DNA of 64,000 nucleotides, taken from Dehalococcoidia bacterium (GTDB taxonomy: Bacteria > Chloroflexota > Dehalococcoidia > Lucifugimonadales > UBA3495). Shown here piece by piece: positions 55,086-64,000 of this stretch. The notes beneath the pieces were generated by a model. That model was not told where the DNA came from. It saw nothing but the letters and a program-made list of their open reading frames with translations, and did not search any database. The DNA is taken from NCBI GenBank assembly GCA_041485445.1, contig JBGPJN010000001.1, positions 11,221 through 75,220 of the forward strand, read 5' to 3'. Numbering within the stretch: the stretch's first letter is position 1; every line of letters starts with the position of its first letter. Made by a program: the position numbers and the translations under genes.

Positions 55086-56843
55086 TCACCTCAGGGTTAT
55101 TGTATGCAAAGCCGAGATATGGAAGGCCAGCGGATCGGGCTGCCATGTCTGAATCCGGGGCCCCACACCCCAGGGGATATTGAAATAGCCAAGGGGTATG
55201 TCATAGGCTTCGTCCCGCATCCGCCGGTAGGCGCTGTTAAGCGCCTTCTCCCGCTCAACCGAGTCGAATACGGCCAGAGCTTTTCCCGTTAGCGCGAGCA
55301 GCTCGGGGTCGTCATGGCGCCGGCTTTTCTGCTCTGGGTCCGCGTAAAACTTACGCAGCAGGCGCGACGCATCCAGTTCGGTCTGGTTGGCCCGCCAATA
55401 TATCTGGCCGTAGAGGTCCTCGGTGAGACCGACGGTCTTTGACAGGGCCGCAGCGTCCCACACCTTCACCTCCACATCCAGCCCCAACTCTTTCCTCCAG
55501 TCCCCGGCGCCAAGCTGCGCCGACTCGGGCAGCAAGGGAGCCGAGGTGGACACCAGGGTGTTGATGACCAGCTTACCGAAACCCTTGCCGCCGGGATACC
55601 CAGCCTCAGCAAGGAGTTGCCGGGCCTTGACCGGATCGAAGGGGAAGGGGTCCAGCTCCGGGCTGTAGCCAAGGGAACTGGGGGTGACGGAGCCCCACCC
55701 CTTTACCTGCAACACTTCGGGGCCCCCATATAGGCGGTCCCGTATTAAGCCCCGGTCAAGGGCGTAGCTGAGGGCCTGGCGTACCCTCCGGTCGCTGCAC
55801 GGGGACGAGGGTCTCATGCACCCCATTTGGAAGATCTCTACGTACACTCCTTCCTGACCGAACACCAGGCGGCCGCCTCCGGCTTCCACCTGCTTGCGCG
55901 ACGACAGGCTGACCGGCGCGATGTCGGCTTCGCCGGCCCGCAATGCAGCCATCCGGGTAGCCTCCTCGGGGATCAGCCGCAGGTCCAACAGGGCGAAGTT
56001 CAGCCGTTTGTCGGTGGGGAGCCCATTCTTGGGCTGATAGTAGTAGTCCGCGAACCGCTCGAAGGTCATCTGGGCCGCCGGGACTTGCTTGACTAGCTTC
56101 CCGAGGCCAGCGCCAATGGGATTGCGGTCATAAACCTCTTCATCCTTGAGATCGTGCAGAGTCGCCCGCTTGGGCAGGACGAAGCCATGCGGACTGGAAC
56201 CTGCTTCCGATATACCCGTAGGGAAACCAGCGGTGGGAACCTTGGTGGTCACACTCACCTGGTCTGGCCCGGTCTGTTCAATCCGGTCCATTATGCGGGC
56301 CAGTACGGTAGCCGAGGTAGTGGCGTACTCCACAGCCTGCGGGCCCATGATATGGCGGAGGCTCCAGACCGCATCCTCGGCGGTCACTTCCGTCCCATCG
56401 TGGAACTTGACCCCCTTCCTGATGGTAAATGTCCAGGTCAGGCTGTCACTGGATACCTTCCATTCGCTGGCGATGCCGGGGACGACTTCCCTGCGTCCTT
56501 CCTTGGCGTTGGAGGAGACGAGGAAGCCGTGGGTTAGCCGGGTGTAGTCTTGGCTGTTGCTGGTGGTAAAGGTGGGGTCGAACCGTCCGTTGCCAAAGTC
56601 GCCGATCATCCAGGTCACCTTGCCGGGGTTGACCATTGGCGCCGCCAGGACCGCGGTGGCTTGTGGAATGGCCGTGGGGGTTGCCCGCGTGCCAACTGAT
56701 GGCGCCGGGGCGATAGTGGCAACGGAGGCTGGAGTAGCGGTGGCCGCGGCGCCGCATCCCACCGACAGCAGCAAGAGTAGCACAAGTGCTGGAGCCATAA
56801 CTTTGGAGTATGTGGGCCCGAGGCATCTACGGAAGTGTCTCAT
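55086..56843 (-). CDS. ABC transporter substrate-binding protein, family 5 (peptide/nickel/opine type) lipoprotein
   Basis: The start at MRHFRR has an AGGAGA SD and the lipobox LSVGCGAA. The length and conserved blocks (FHDGTEVTAEDAVWS, RVRQALSYALDR) match SBP family 5. The ORF track extends to 56888. Confidence 0.9.
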   Translation of the reverse strand: MRHFRRCLGPTYSKVMAPALVLLLLLSVGCGAAATATPASVATIAPAPSVGTRATPTAIPQATAVLAAPMVNPGKVTWMIGDFGNGRFDPTFTTSNSQDYTRLTHGFLVSSNAKEGRREVVPGIASEWKVSSDSLTWTFTIRKGVKFHDGTEVTAEDAVWSLRHIMGPQAVEYATTSATVLARIMDRIEQTGPDQVSVTTKVPTAGFPTGISEAGSSPHGFVLPKRATLHDLKDEEVYDRNPIGAGLGKLVKQVPAAQMTFERFADYYYQPKNGLPTDKRLNFALLDLRLIPEEATRMAALRAGEADIAPVSLSSRKQVEAGGGRLVFGQEGVYVEIFQMGCMRPSSPCSDRRVRQALSYALDRGLIRDRLYGGPEVLQVKGWGSVTPSSLGYSPELDPFPFDPVKARQLLAEAGYPGGKGFGKLVINTLVSTSAPLLPESAQLGAGDWRKELGLDVEVKVWDAAALSKTVGLTEDLYGQIYWRANQTELDASRLLRKFYADPEQKSRRHDDPELLALTGKALAVFDSVEREKALNSAYRRMRDEAYDIPLGYFNIPWGVGPRIQTWQPDPLAFHISALHTITLR

Positions 56844-57371
56844 AGCCGTCTCCTGTTCCCAATTTGCTTGGACCCTGTTGCTAACCAAGTCTAGGGGGTT
56901 GAATCAGCGCAACGGACGGGTAAGGATTCTTCCCCTCTCCAAATCTGGCGCCATCGTCGAGAGCGCGGGGAAAGGGGGGTGAGCGGGCAAGAGTGGAAGC
57001 GGAAGCCATGCTACCAGTGTGGCAATGCCGCGTCAATCAGGGTAAAGCGCCGCAAGAAGCTCGTCTTTCGTAACAATAGACAGATTTATATGGCCAATTC
57101 ACTAGCCGTTGTGATGGTTGGCAGATGGGGTAGAGATTTCCCCTCTGGGCTGGTGGCCCGCAGATTTACTTGCCAGGACGTTGTGGGTGGCCTGCTGGAA
57201 CGGTATGAGGGCCAGCGTTGCAGCAGAACTGCCACCGCCAGCCACCGCCGGGTTCGGTGTGGTTGACTGACGTTGGACCATCGCTTGGCCAACTGTGCGG
57301 GGAGGCCATCCGCCGTGCTGAGCCAACGGGAACCCTGGTAAACTGAGTCCTGGGGGGTTCAACTGCTCGCT

Positions 57372-58766
57372 ATGAAAAAGGCCCTCAGCCTCTTCGACCT
57401 CACCAATCTTACCGTCGGCTCCATCGTGGGAGCGGACATCTACATCGCCTCGGCTATCACCGCCGGGCTGGTGGGGCCGTTCGCCTTGGCGGTCTGGGTG
57501 GTGGCTGGGGGCATGGCTACCATCCTGGCCCTCGTGTTCGCCTATTGCAGCCACCACGTGCCTAAGGTCGGGGGCCCCTTTGCCTACGTAACGGAAGCGT
57601 TCAACCCGTTCCTGGGCTTTCTGGCCGGCTGGTGCATCTGGGTGGCCGAGCTGATCGCCCTGCCCGTGTTCGCCATCGCCTTTACCAACTACCTGCACTA
57701 CCTGCATCCGCTCACGTCATTGCAGGATGTCCTGGTGAAAGCCCTGTTTCTCCTCACGCTGACGGCCATCAACATCGTGGGGGTTAAAGCCGCCGGAGTG
57801 GTCAACGATGTCCTTACCCTGCTCAAGCTGGCGCCCTTGTTTCTGCTGGTGGCGATGGGCGTTGTCTTCCTGGGGATACACCCTGAGGTCCTGGGGCAGA
57901 ACTACTTGCCCTTCATCCCATTGGGGCTGGACCGGTTCCCCACTGCGGTTGTGCTGGTCTTCTGGGCCTATGTGGGATTTGAGCTAACCACCATCCCAGC
58001 CGACGAAGTGAAGGACCCGGCCCGCACCATCCCAAGAGCCATCGTTTTGGGAATGGCGGTGGTGATGCTGTTCTATCTGTCCACCAACTTCATTGTCTAC
58101 GGAGTGGTGCACTGGAGCGAGCTGGCCAAGACCCAGGTGCCTCTGGTGTTAGCCGCCAGCGCGGTGATCGGCACGGCCGGCGCGATGATTGTCAGTGTCG
58201 GGGCGCTGGTCTCAGTTTCGGGCTCCGATGAGTCGGACATGCTGGCCAGCTCGCGACTCTCCTACGCCATGGCGGTGGACGGATTGCTGCCCAAGACCTT
58301 TGCCGCCCTCCACCCCAAGTTTGGCACGCCGTACAAGGCGCTTGTAATTCAGGGTGTGGCTGCCTTTGGTCTCTCTCTGGCCTCCGGACTGGCGAAGCTC
58401 ATCTCTTTCTCGGTGTTCAACCTAAGTGTGGGATTCTTACTGGTGTGCCTGGCCTTGTTGGTGTTTCAGCGCAGGAGCCCAAGGGTGAGCGTCGTCCAGG
58501 GAGTCATGGCGGGGTTGGGGCTGGGGGTCTGCCTGTTTCTCATCTACTCCACATCGGTGTTTGACAAGATTGTTGGGACCTTGGTGCTGGCGGCGGGAGC
58601 AGCCCTCTACTGGTTCTATTCTCCCAAGCAAGAGATCAGCCACCTGAAGGCGCTCTGGTTGACGGAGGCCGGGAGTGTGGCCAGGCTTCTGGAAAGGGAA
58701 CGCCGGTCCCTTGGCGGTTTCTTTCGACTGGTCTACCGGTGGATGCGTTGGTCCCGGCGGGTCTAA
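57372..58766 (+). CDS. APC superfamily amino acid/polyamine permease
   Basis: About 12 TM helices are present. The N-terminal motif LTVGSIVGADIYIASA is followed by the FAYCSH..PKVGGPFAY pattern typical of APC permeases. Confidence 0.9.
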   Translation: MKKALSLFDLTNLTVGSIVGADIYIASAITAGLVGPFALAVWVVAGGMATILALVFAYCSHHVPKVGGPFAYVTEAFNPFLGFLAGWCIWVAELIALPVFAIAFTNYLHYLHPLTSLQDVLVKALFLLTLTAINIVGVKAAGVVNDVLTLLKLAPLFLLVAMGVVFLGIHPEVLGQNYLPFIPLGLDRFPTAVVLVFWAYVGFELTTIPADEVKDPARTIPRAIVLGMAVVMLFYLSTNFIVYGVVHWSELAKTQVPLVLAASAVIGTAGAMIVSVGALVSVSGSDESDMLASSRLSYAMAVDGLLPKTFAALHPKFGTPYKALVIQGVAAFGLSLASGLAKLISFSVFNLSVGFLLVCLALLVFQRRSPRVSVVQGVMAGLGLGVCLFLIYSTSVFDKIVGTLVLAAGAALYWFYSPKQEISHLKALWLTEAGSVARLLERERRSLGGFFRLVYRWMRWSRRV

Positions 58767-58938
58767 CAGCTAGCGGGGCTAGCGGTGTATGCTGACGCCA
58801 CCCCCAGCCGCACCGCCAAGCGGGTGTGGGAAGCTGTTCTGAACTGGCATGTGTCAGCTCTGCCAGCGGGAATAAATAAGCCAATGCATTGACTTGTAGC
58901 GGCGGCAGGAGCCACTCAATAGTTTGTGCTGAACCGGC

Positions 58939-59847
58939 CTACAGCCACCCGGTCCTCTTGAAGATGACTAAAGCCAGGCCCATGAACGCGAATTGAATGA
59001 TGACCACTGCCGGGTACACCCAGCGAATGTGCAGCTCGGGCATATAGGCGAAATTCATTCCGAAGTGACTGGCGATAAGTGTTGGAATCATCAGGATGAC
59101 GGTGATGGCGGTCAGACGCTTGACCACGTCGTTGAGCCGCTCAAGCCTCAAGTTAAGCTGCATGGCCGCTTGCATCTCGTGGTCCCGGGCAACATCCCTC
59201 AGTACGTTCAATCGCCGTCGACACCGATCCACCAGGCTTGTGCTTTCCGCCTTTAGCACGCTGTAGTCAAAGGATATGTAATCCGTCTCAACTTGCCTAA
59301 CGGAGCTTTCCTCTAAACGGAGCAGCAGGTCATGCAATCCTTCCAGACGGTCCTCAATACGACCGAAGTGGGCCGCCACCTCCCGGTATTTGCCGTAGTC
59401 AAAAGCCAGATTGAGCTCGTTAATTTCTTTGTTGCGGGCATCGAGCCTGGCCTTGTAACCATCCAGGACCTTGTGCAGCGTAAGGTATGCCAGAATCGTG
59501 CTGCGGCCAAAAGGCTTGGTGAGCACCGCGCCAAAGGATTTGTAGGACTCGGCCGATGACGGTCTCTTGGAGTACAAAAGAGCCTTCTCCTCACTCAAGA
59601 AGAGCAGATTGTTGGCGTCCTCCCCCTCATCGTCCTTCACATTCATGATCAGGTATTGGTCGGAGTTCTCCAGGAAATGTCCAGGCACTTCAACGACTGA
59701 GGGGAAGTCGAGGGTAAGCCCCGTCTGATCCCTTACCGCCGCTGCGAAGGAGGTGAGGTCATTAAAGGCCAAGACACCTCCCTGATCGCCATGCTGCTGG
59801 ACTAGAACTTCGCCCTGGGAAGGGCTGCGGTTATTTGTCTGAGCCAT
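58939..59847 (-). CDS. corA: CorA-family divalent cation channel
   Basis: The C-terminal GMNF motif (SHFGMNFAYMPEL) lies between two TM helices, preceded by a long cytoplasmic N-domain. Confidence 0.85.
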   Translation of the reverse strand: MAQTNNRSPSQGEVLVQQHGDQGGVLAFNDLTSFAAAVRDQTGLTLDFPSVVEVPGHFLENSDQYLIMNVKDDEGEDANNLLFLSEEKALLYSKRPSSAESYKSFGAVLTKPFGRSTILAYLTLHKVLDGYKARLDARNKEINELNLAFDYGKYREVAAHFGRIEDRLEGLHDLLLRLEESSVRQVETDYISFDYSVLKAESTSLVDRCRRRLNVLRDVARDHEMQAAMQLNLRLERLNDVVKRLTAITVILMIPTLIASHFGMNFAYMPELHIRWVYPAVVIIQFAFMGLALVIFKRTGWL

Positions 59848-60416
59848 GTGGACTCCTAGCTAGAGAGTGCAAACCGGTCGCCATTATACTCCCGTGGGTC
59901 AACCACCTCATTTACTGGGCTGGGCCTACCTTTGCGCCCCGTCTCGTCCATTATACGATCCCTCTAAGCGTCGCCCCGTGGCACTCTCGCAGATGTGCCG
60001 ATCAGGCTGATAAATACACCCTCCAGCGTCGGCACAATGGCACTGATTTGACTCACCAACACTCCTCCTTGACTGAGTTGGCTGGCCCGCGCGTTCTGGA
60101 TTTGGAGAACAAGATTCGGGAAGTGGAAGTGGTCCAGGATGTGGCCCCCCTGATTGGCGAGGTAGGCCTGCCCTACTGATGGTGAATGTCTGGTTGACTG
60201 CCGGCTTTCGGTGTCGTCAGATGCAAGCGAGGAATGGGATGTTCCGTTCTTCCCACAAGCCAGTGGTCCAATTTTGAAGGGCAGGGAGGAGTGGCTGCCT
60301 ATGCGGCGCACCGGTACAAGCCTGAAAACCGGGTAGGTCAACCACAGGGTTGGCTGGCCTGCCCAGTTGCTAGGCGCCCGGAAACGGAGTTCCTCAGGGA
60401 TCCCCTATCCGAAAAT

Positions 60417-62174
60417 TTACTTCAACGTAATGGTGTGCAGGGCGGAGGGATAGAAGGCCAGAGGGTAAGGCTCCCAAGTCAGTATGCGGGGGCCTGCGGC
60501 CCACGGAACGTTCACGTACCCCGGGTAAATGTCAATCGCCTCATCCCTCAGCTGAAGGTACAGGTCGTGAAGGACCTTGGGACGTTCATCGGGATTGAAC
60601 ACCGCCAGGGCAGTGCGCGTAAGATTGAGCAGCTGAGGGTCATTGTGGGCTCGGTCTTGGCGGTCGGAGGAGCCGTACCCTGACCGGATAACCGAAGAGG
60701 CGTCAACCCGAGCCTCATTGTCCCGCCACAGTATCTGTCCAAGATAAGTATCACTCAGCCGTGTGTCCTTCTTGAGGGCGGCTTCATCCCCCACCTTCAC
60801 AACCACGTCCAGCCCCAACTCCCGGCGCCAGGTGTCGGCGGCCAGTTGGGCCGCTTCGGGCATCAAAGGCATGGTCGTGGAAACCCACGTGTTTATGGTC
60901 AGCTTGCCGAACCCCTGGCCGCCCGCAAAACCGGCGTCGGCCAGCAACTGCCGGGCCTTGTTGGGGTCGTATGGGAAGGGGTCGAGGTCTGACTGATAGC
61001 CGATGACACTGGGGGTAACCGGGCCCCAGCCCCGTACTTGCATTACATCGGGTCCGCCATACAGCTTGTCCCGCATCACCATCTTGTCCAGGGAGTAGCT
61101 CAAGGCCTGCCGCACCCGCTTATCGTGGCACGGGAACTCGGGTTTCCAGCACCCCAGCTGGCGGATATAGATGTAGCCACCTTCGCGGCCGAACAGCAGA
61201 CGTCCGCCTCCCGCCTCCACCTGTTTCCTGGCCCCCAGAGTCACCGGGGCGATATCGGCCTCGCCGGATCGCAGGGCAGCGACCCGGGTTGCTTCCTCGG
61301 GCACGAGACGAAGGTCCAAGGTGAGAAACTTCACCCGTTTGTCTTTGGGCAGACCGTTTATGGGCTGATAGTAGTAGTCGTCAAACCTCTCGAACTGCAT
61401 CATGGATGCAGCCTGACGCTGCTTCAGCTTCATGATTCCGGCGCCAACGGGATTCTTATCGTAGGCCGCCAGCGCCTCCGGATCGTAGACTTTCTCCTGC
61501 TTTGGGTAGATCGTGCCAATCCAGTTGCCGTCGGCTTCTGACACGAAAGACACAAAGTCAGACACGGGAATCTTGGTGGTTACACTGACCTTGTCAGGGG
61601 CGGTTTGCTCTACCTTTTCCGTCACCGCGGCGATGGTCAGAGAAGCGCCGCCGGTGGCATAGTCTTTGGCCTGGGGTCCCATGGAGTACCGCAGTGTCCA
61701 CAGCACGTCCTCCGCAGTCAACTCCCTCCCGTCGTGGAACTTGACCCCCTTTCTAATGGTCAAGGTCCAGGTCAGGCCATCGCTGGAGACGCTCCAGTCC
61801 GAGGCGATGCCGGGGGTCAAGACTCGCTGCCCATCCTTAACGTCAGAGCCAACCAGGAAGGCGTGAATTTGCCTGCCATAGTCGTGACCCCCGCCTGCCG
61901 CCAAGGCGTAGGTCATGCGCTCGTTGGAGAAGCTGCCCACCATCCAGGTCACCTTCCCCTGGCTGACCACCGCGTCGGCCGGAACCGGGGCCATGATTGG
62001 GGCTGGGGCGACGGTGGGTACGCCTCCGACCGTGGGAGTCGGCGCCTTGGCGGTGGGTGGTGGTGGCGTGGCGGTGGCTGCGGCGCCGCAGCCTGCGGCC
62101 AGCAGCAAGCTCAGCATCAAAGCCAAGAGCCTGACCTGATGAGACGAAACCTGATGTCCCCTAAGACACTTCAT
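60417..62174 (-). CDS. ABC transporter substrate-binding protein, family 5 lipoprotein (paralog of 55086-56843)
   Basis: The start at MKCLRG has an AGGAGAG SD and the lipobox LAAGCGAA. It is collinear with the other SBP (FHDGRELTAEDVLWT, RVRQALSYSLDK). The ORF track extends to 62192. Confidence 0.9.
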   Translation of the reverse strand: MKCLRGHQVSSHQVRLLALMLSLLLAAGCGAAATATPPPPTAKAPTPTVGGVPTVAPAPIMAPVPADAVVSQGKVTWMVGSFSNERMTYALAAGGGHDYGRQIHAFLVGSDVKDGQRVLTPGIASDWSVSSDGLTWTLTIRKGVKFHDGRELTAEDVLWTLRYSMGPQAKDYATGGASLTIAAVTEKVEQTAPDKVSVTTKIPVSDFVSFVSEADGNWIGTIYPKQEKVYDPEALAAYDKNPVGAGIMKLKQRQAASMMQFERFDDYYYQPINGLPKDKRVKFLTLDLRLVPEEATRVAALRSGEADIAPVTLGARKQVEAGGGRLLFGREGGYIYIRQLGCWKPEFPCHDKRVRQALSYSLDKMVMRDKLYGGPDVMQVRGWGPVTPSVIGYQSDLDPFPYDPNKARQLLADAGFAGGQGFGKLTINTWVSTTMPLMPEAAQLAADTWRRELGLDVVVKVGDEAALKKDTRLSDTYLGQILWRDNEARVDASSVIRSGYGSSDRQDRAHNDPQLLNLTRTALAVFNPDERPKVLHDLYLQLRDEAIDIYPGYVNVPWAAGPRILTWEPYPLAFYPSALHTITLK

Positions 62175-62279
62175 GGTTACTCTCCTGTCCACCTTGATCG
62201 GCCTGCTCCCCTGACCAACCAGCGTGTTTAGCTTGAGGCTTTGGGACGCCGATATGGGCTTCAGCCCGTCAACGGGCGG

Positions 62280-63653
62280 CTACAGGTCTGTAAAGGTGGC
62301 CGCCGGCATCTCAAGCTGGGACATGACGCCGGCTACGTTGCCGCTGGTGTCTATGCCCTTCAGTACGAGGGCCAGCTGGCGTGCCTTGGCCTGGCCGGCC
62401 CGCAGGGTTACCAGGTCCATAAACTTGGCGTCCACGTCTGCCTCGGTCATCTTTCGGTAGGTGAGTTCCTTCTGTACCTTTCGGCCCTGCTTGGTGGTGA
62501 TGGACACCACGGCGCGGAAGTGGTCCGCGTGTCCCGTCCAATCGCTCCTTGGAGAGATGGTCACGCGCTCGCGCAAGGCGAGGAAGGCCGGGTTGCGGCG
62601 GCTGCCTTCGTCGTAGGTCTCCTTAAAGCCCCTGCCGCCGTACACCGCGGCCAGGGCCAGCACATCCTTCCCTTGGATGGACGGGTGGTGCACGTGGGTT
62701 ATAGTGTTGTGGCCGGCCGGTTCGACCTCGGCGTGGATCTCCCGGACGTCCTCTCCCGATAGGTGGTGTTCGGACATCAATTCCAACACTCCTTGCCTTG
62801 GGGCCTGATTGGGACCGCCGCCGCAAGCCCGTTTGAATACGATCCCGCGGATTGCGTAATCCTCGCCCAAGCCCCTGAGGAAGTCACTGCCTGGCGCTTC
62901 CACCCCCAGGCGGCTTTGGAAGAATCCCTGTGGTCCGTCAAGCGAGTCCTGGGGGGCGTCGTACCCCGCCTTGGCCATGAGTGCGGCAGCTACCCCGTTC
63001 CTCGCGCCCACGCCGCCCCGCACGAACGACTTGAGCATGTGCTCCGATTCTCTGGCAAAGGGGGTGATGCCGCAGGACATCGCCGCCCCTAGACAGAAGG
63101 CAATCTGCATCTGCTCCGGGGGAAGCCCCAGCGCGATGCCGGCCGCTGCGGTTGCCCCCATGGTGTTGCCAGGATCTATGGCTCCGGGAGTCCTCCCCGT
63201 CTCGCGCCGTAACTGGGCCGCCGCCCGATTCAGCCGCTTGGCCAGCTCATATCCGAACACCACGCCGCGCAGGGCCTCTTGACCCGACGCTTCCACCATC
63301 TGGCCGGCCGCTAGCGCGGCCGCGGCGGGCGCGGCGATGATGTGGGCCCCCATGCCATCGCCCTCAATGGCGTCCACCTCATCAGCGTGCCCAAGGGTAC
63401 CGTTGACCACCGCAGCGTTCAGCACTGAGGTGCGGGTTGGGAACCCGACGATGGTGCAGTCCGGCTGGCCTCCCACCAGGTTGGTGAAGTCCACCATGCG
63501 GTGGGCCAATGGGATCAAGGAGCACGCCAGCCAACCGCCAACGCAGTCGTACACGGCAAGCGACACGAGCCGCCGCACGTCGGGAGGGAAGTCCTCAAAG
63601 CTGGTCTCGTACATCCAGTCGCAGAACGCGCGCGTCGTGCTCTGGTCAGCCAT
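62280..63653 (-). CDS. MmgE/PrpD family protein (2-methylcitrate dehydratase-like)
   Basis: It is 457 aa. The N-terminal FCDWMYETSFEDFPPDV...DCVG pattern and overall layout are typical of PrpD/MmgE. Confidence 0.85.
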   Translation of the reverse strand: MADQSTTRAFCDWMYETSFEDFPPDVRRLVSLAVYDCVGGWLACSLIPLAHRMVDFTNLVGGQPDCTIVGFPTRTSVLNAAVVNGTLGHADEVDAIEGDGMGAHIIAAPAAAALAAGQMVEASGQEALRGVVFGYELAKRLNRAAAQLRRETGRTPGAIDPGNTMGATAAAGIALGLPPEQMQIAFCLGAAMSCGITPFARESEHMLKSFVRGGVGARNGVAAALMAKAGYDAPQDSLDGPQGFFQSRLGVEAPGSDFLRGLGEDYAIRGIVFKRACGGGPNQAPRQGVLELMSEHHLSGEDVREIHAEVEPAGHNTITHVHHPSIQGKDVLALAAVYGGRGFKETYDEGSRRNPAFLALRERVTISPRSDWTGHADHFRAVVSITTKQGRKVQKELTYRKMTEADVDAKFMDLVTLRAGQAKARQLALVLKGIDTSGNVAGVMSQLEMPAATFTDL

Positions 63654-64000
63654 GGCTTTACCTCCGTAGCTTCAATCCTGATTGCGGGATGAGCGGCTAA
63701 CAGCGGGACCCAAGTGAGTTACGCCGGAACCGTCCTGATGAGCGACAACCGAGCCTGGGCTGGGGAAATTTGGAGCCGCAGGAGCCCCGTTTGCCCGGAA
63801 CACCTATACCTTACTGGAGGCCGGTTGATCATTGAGATTCTAGCACCAGTGTCAATGCTTCGCAGCCAAATAGTATTTGCTGTGCACTTTGGTTACGGAT
63901 TGCGTACCGGACTGGCAGTAATACGGCATGCCAGATCCATCGGCACTTGATCTTTAGGCCTGACCCGCCGACGATTTTGCGTATTTCAGAGTTGACCGAC

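Noticed and set aside
57270-57371. A possible TPP-type riboswitch upstream of the APC permease, suggested by the CTGAG...ACCC...ACTGA fragments.
   Set aside because: Only scattered partial matches are present. The conserved 3' half of the aptamer (UAAU..CC..GCG.AGGGA) is absent, and a thiamine link to this permease is unsupported.
59848-60416. The 570-bp region upstream of corA was examined for an M-box (Mg) riboswitch and for the ORFs 59835-60179(+) and 59964-60341(-).
   Set aside because: I could not find the M-box core blocks (GUUAGGUGAGGC ... GCUAAAGCUC). The two ORFs overlap each other and have no motifs or convincing SD. Two TATAAT boxes on the minus strand (for example 59888-59883) lack a properly spaced -35, so I do not call a promoter.

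Overview
This is a 64 kb bacterial chromosome segment with high GC. By eye most of it is about 65-70% GC, dropping to roughly 50-55% between about 29.9 and 35.6 kb; I did not compute these values. I found no rRNA genes, tRNA genes or CRISPR arrays.

Gene content from left to right:
- pth, a secreted gluzincin protease, an amidohydrolase, and an orphan ftsZ lying divergent from a PAC2-like gene.
- A frameshifted TP-rich surface protein.
- A form II cox-like molybdoenzyme cluster in the order coxS-L-M-D-E.
- A 9 kb operon with two giant FtsX-type permeases and two ATPases.
- A MarR gene followed by a heterodimeric ABC exporter.
- A lower-GC accessory block holding an IS5-family relic, a NodB deacetylase / MGDG-synthase-type GT / DMT-like membrane cassette, two ABC-F ATPases and YwbE.
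- kbl-tdh.
- A 10.6 kb array of about 15 same-strand genes for copper and metal handling: CopA, DUF-type small membrane proteins, an ICMT-like methyltransferase, YHS-SRPBCC-cytochrome c-two-domain MCO, UbiB, and a CC-motif membrane protein with a lipoprotein.
- A gene-poor, repeat-rich stretch.
- Two orphan family-5 solute-binding paralogs flanking an APC permease and CorA, then a PrpD/MmgE-family gene.

The observations I consider most worth following up:
1. A 147-bp MITE present twice, each copy with its own target-site duplication, plus an uninterrupted paralogous 'empty site'.
2. A pair of roughly 85-93 bp inverted repeats bracketing 24.5 kb of accessory DNA.
3. A candidate aminoglycolipid cassette.
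4. The regulator-less copper array with a translationally coupled YHS-SRPBCC-cyt c-2dMCO module.
5. A (GCTG)3 slip that splits a surface protein gene.
6. A tail-less FtsZ outside any division cluster.

All family assignments come from motif recognition by eye, not from database searches.
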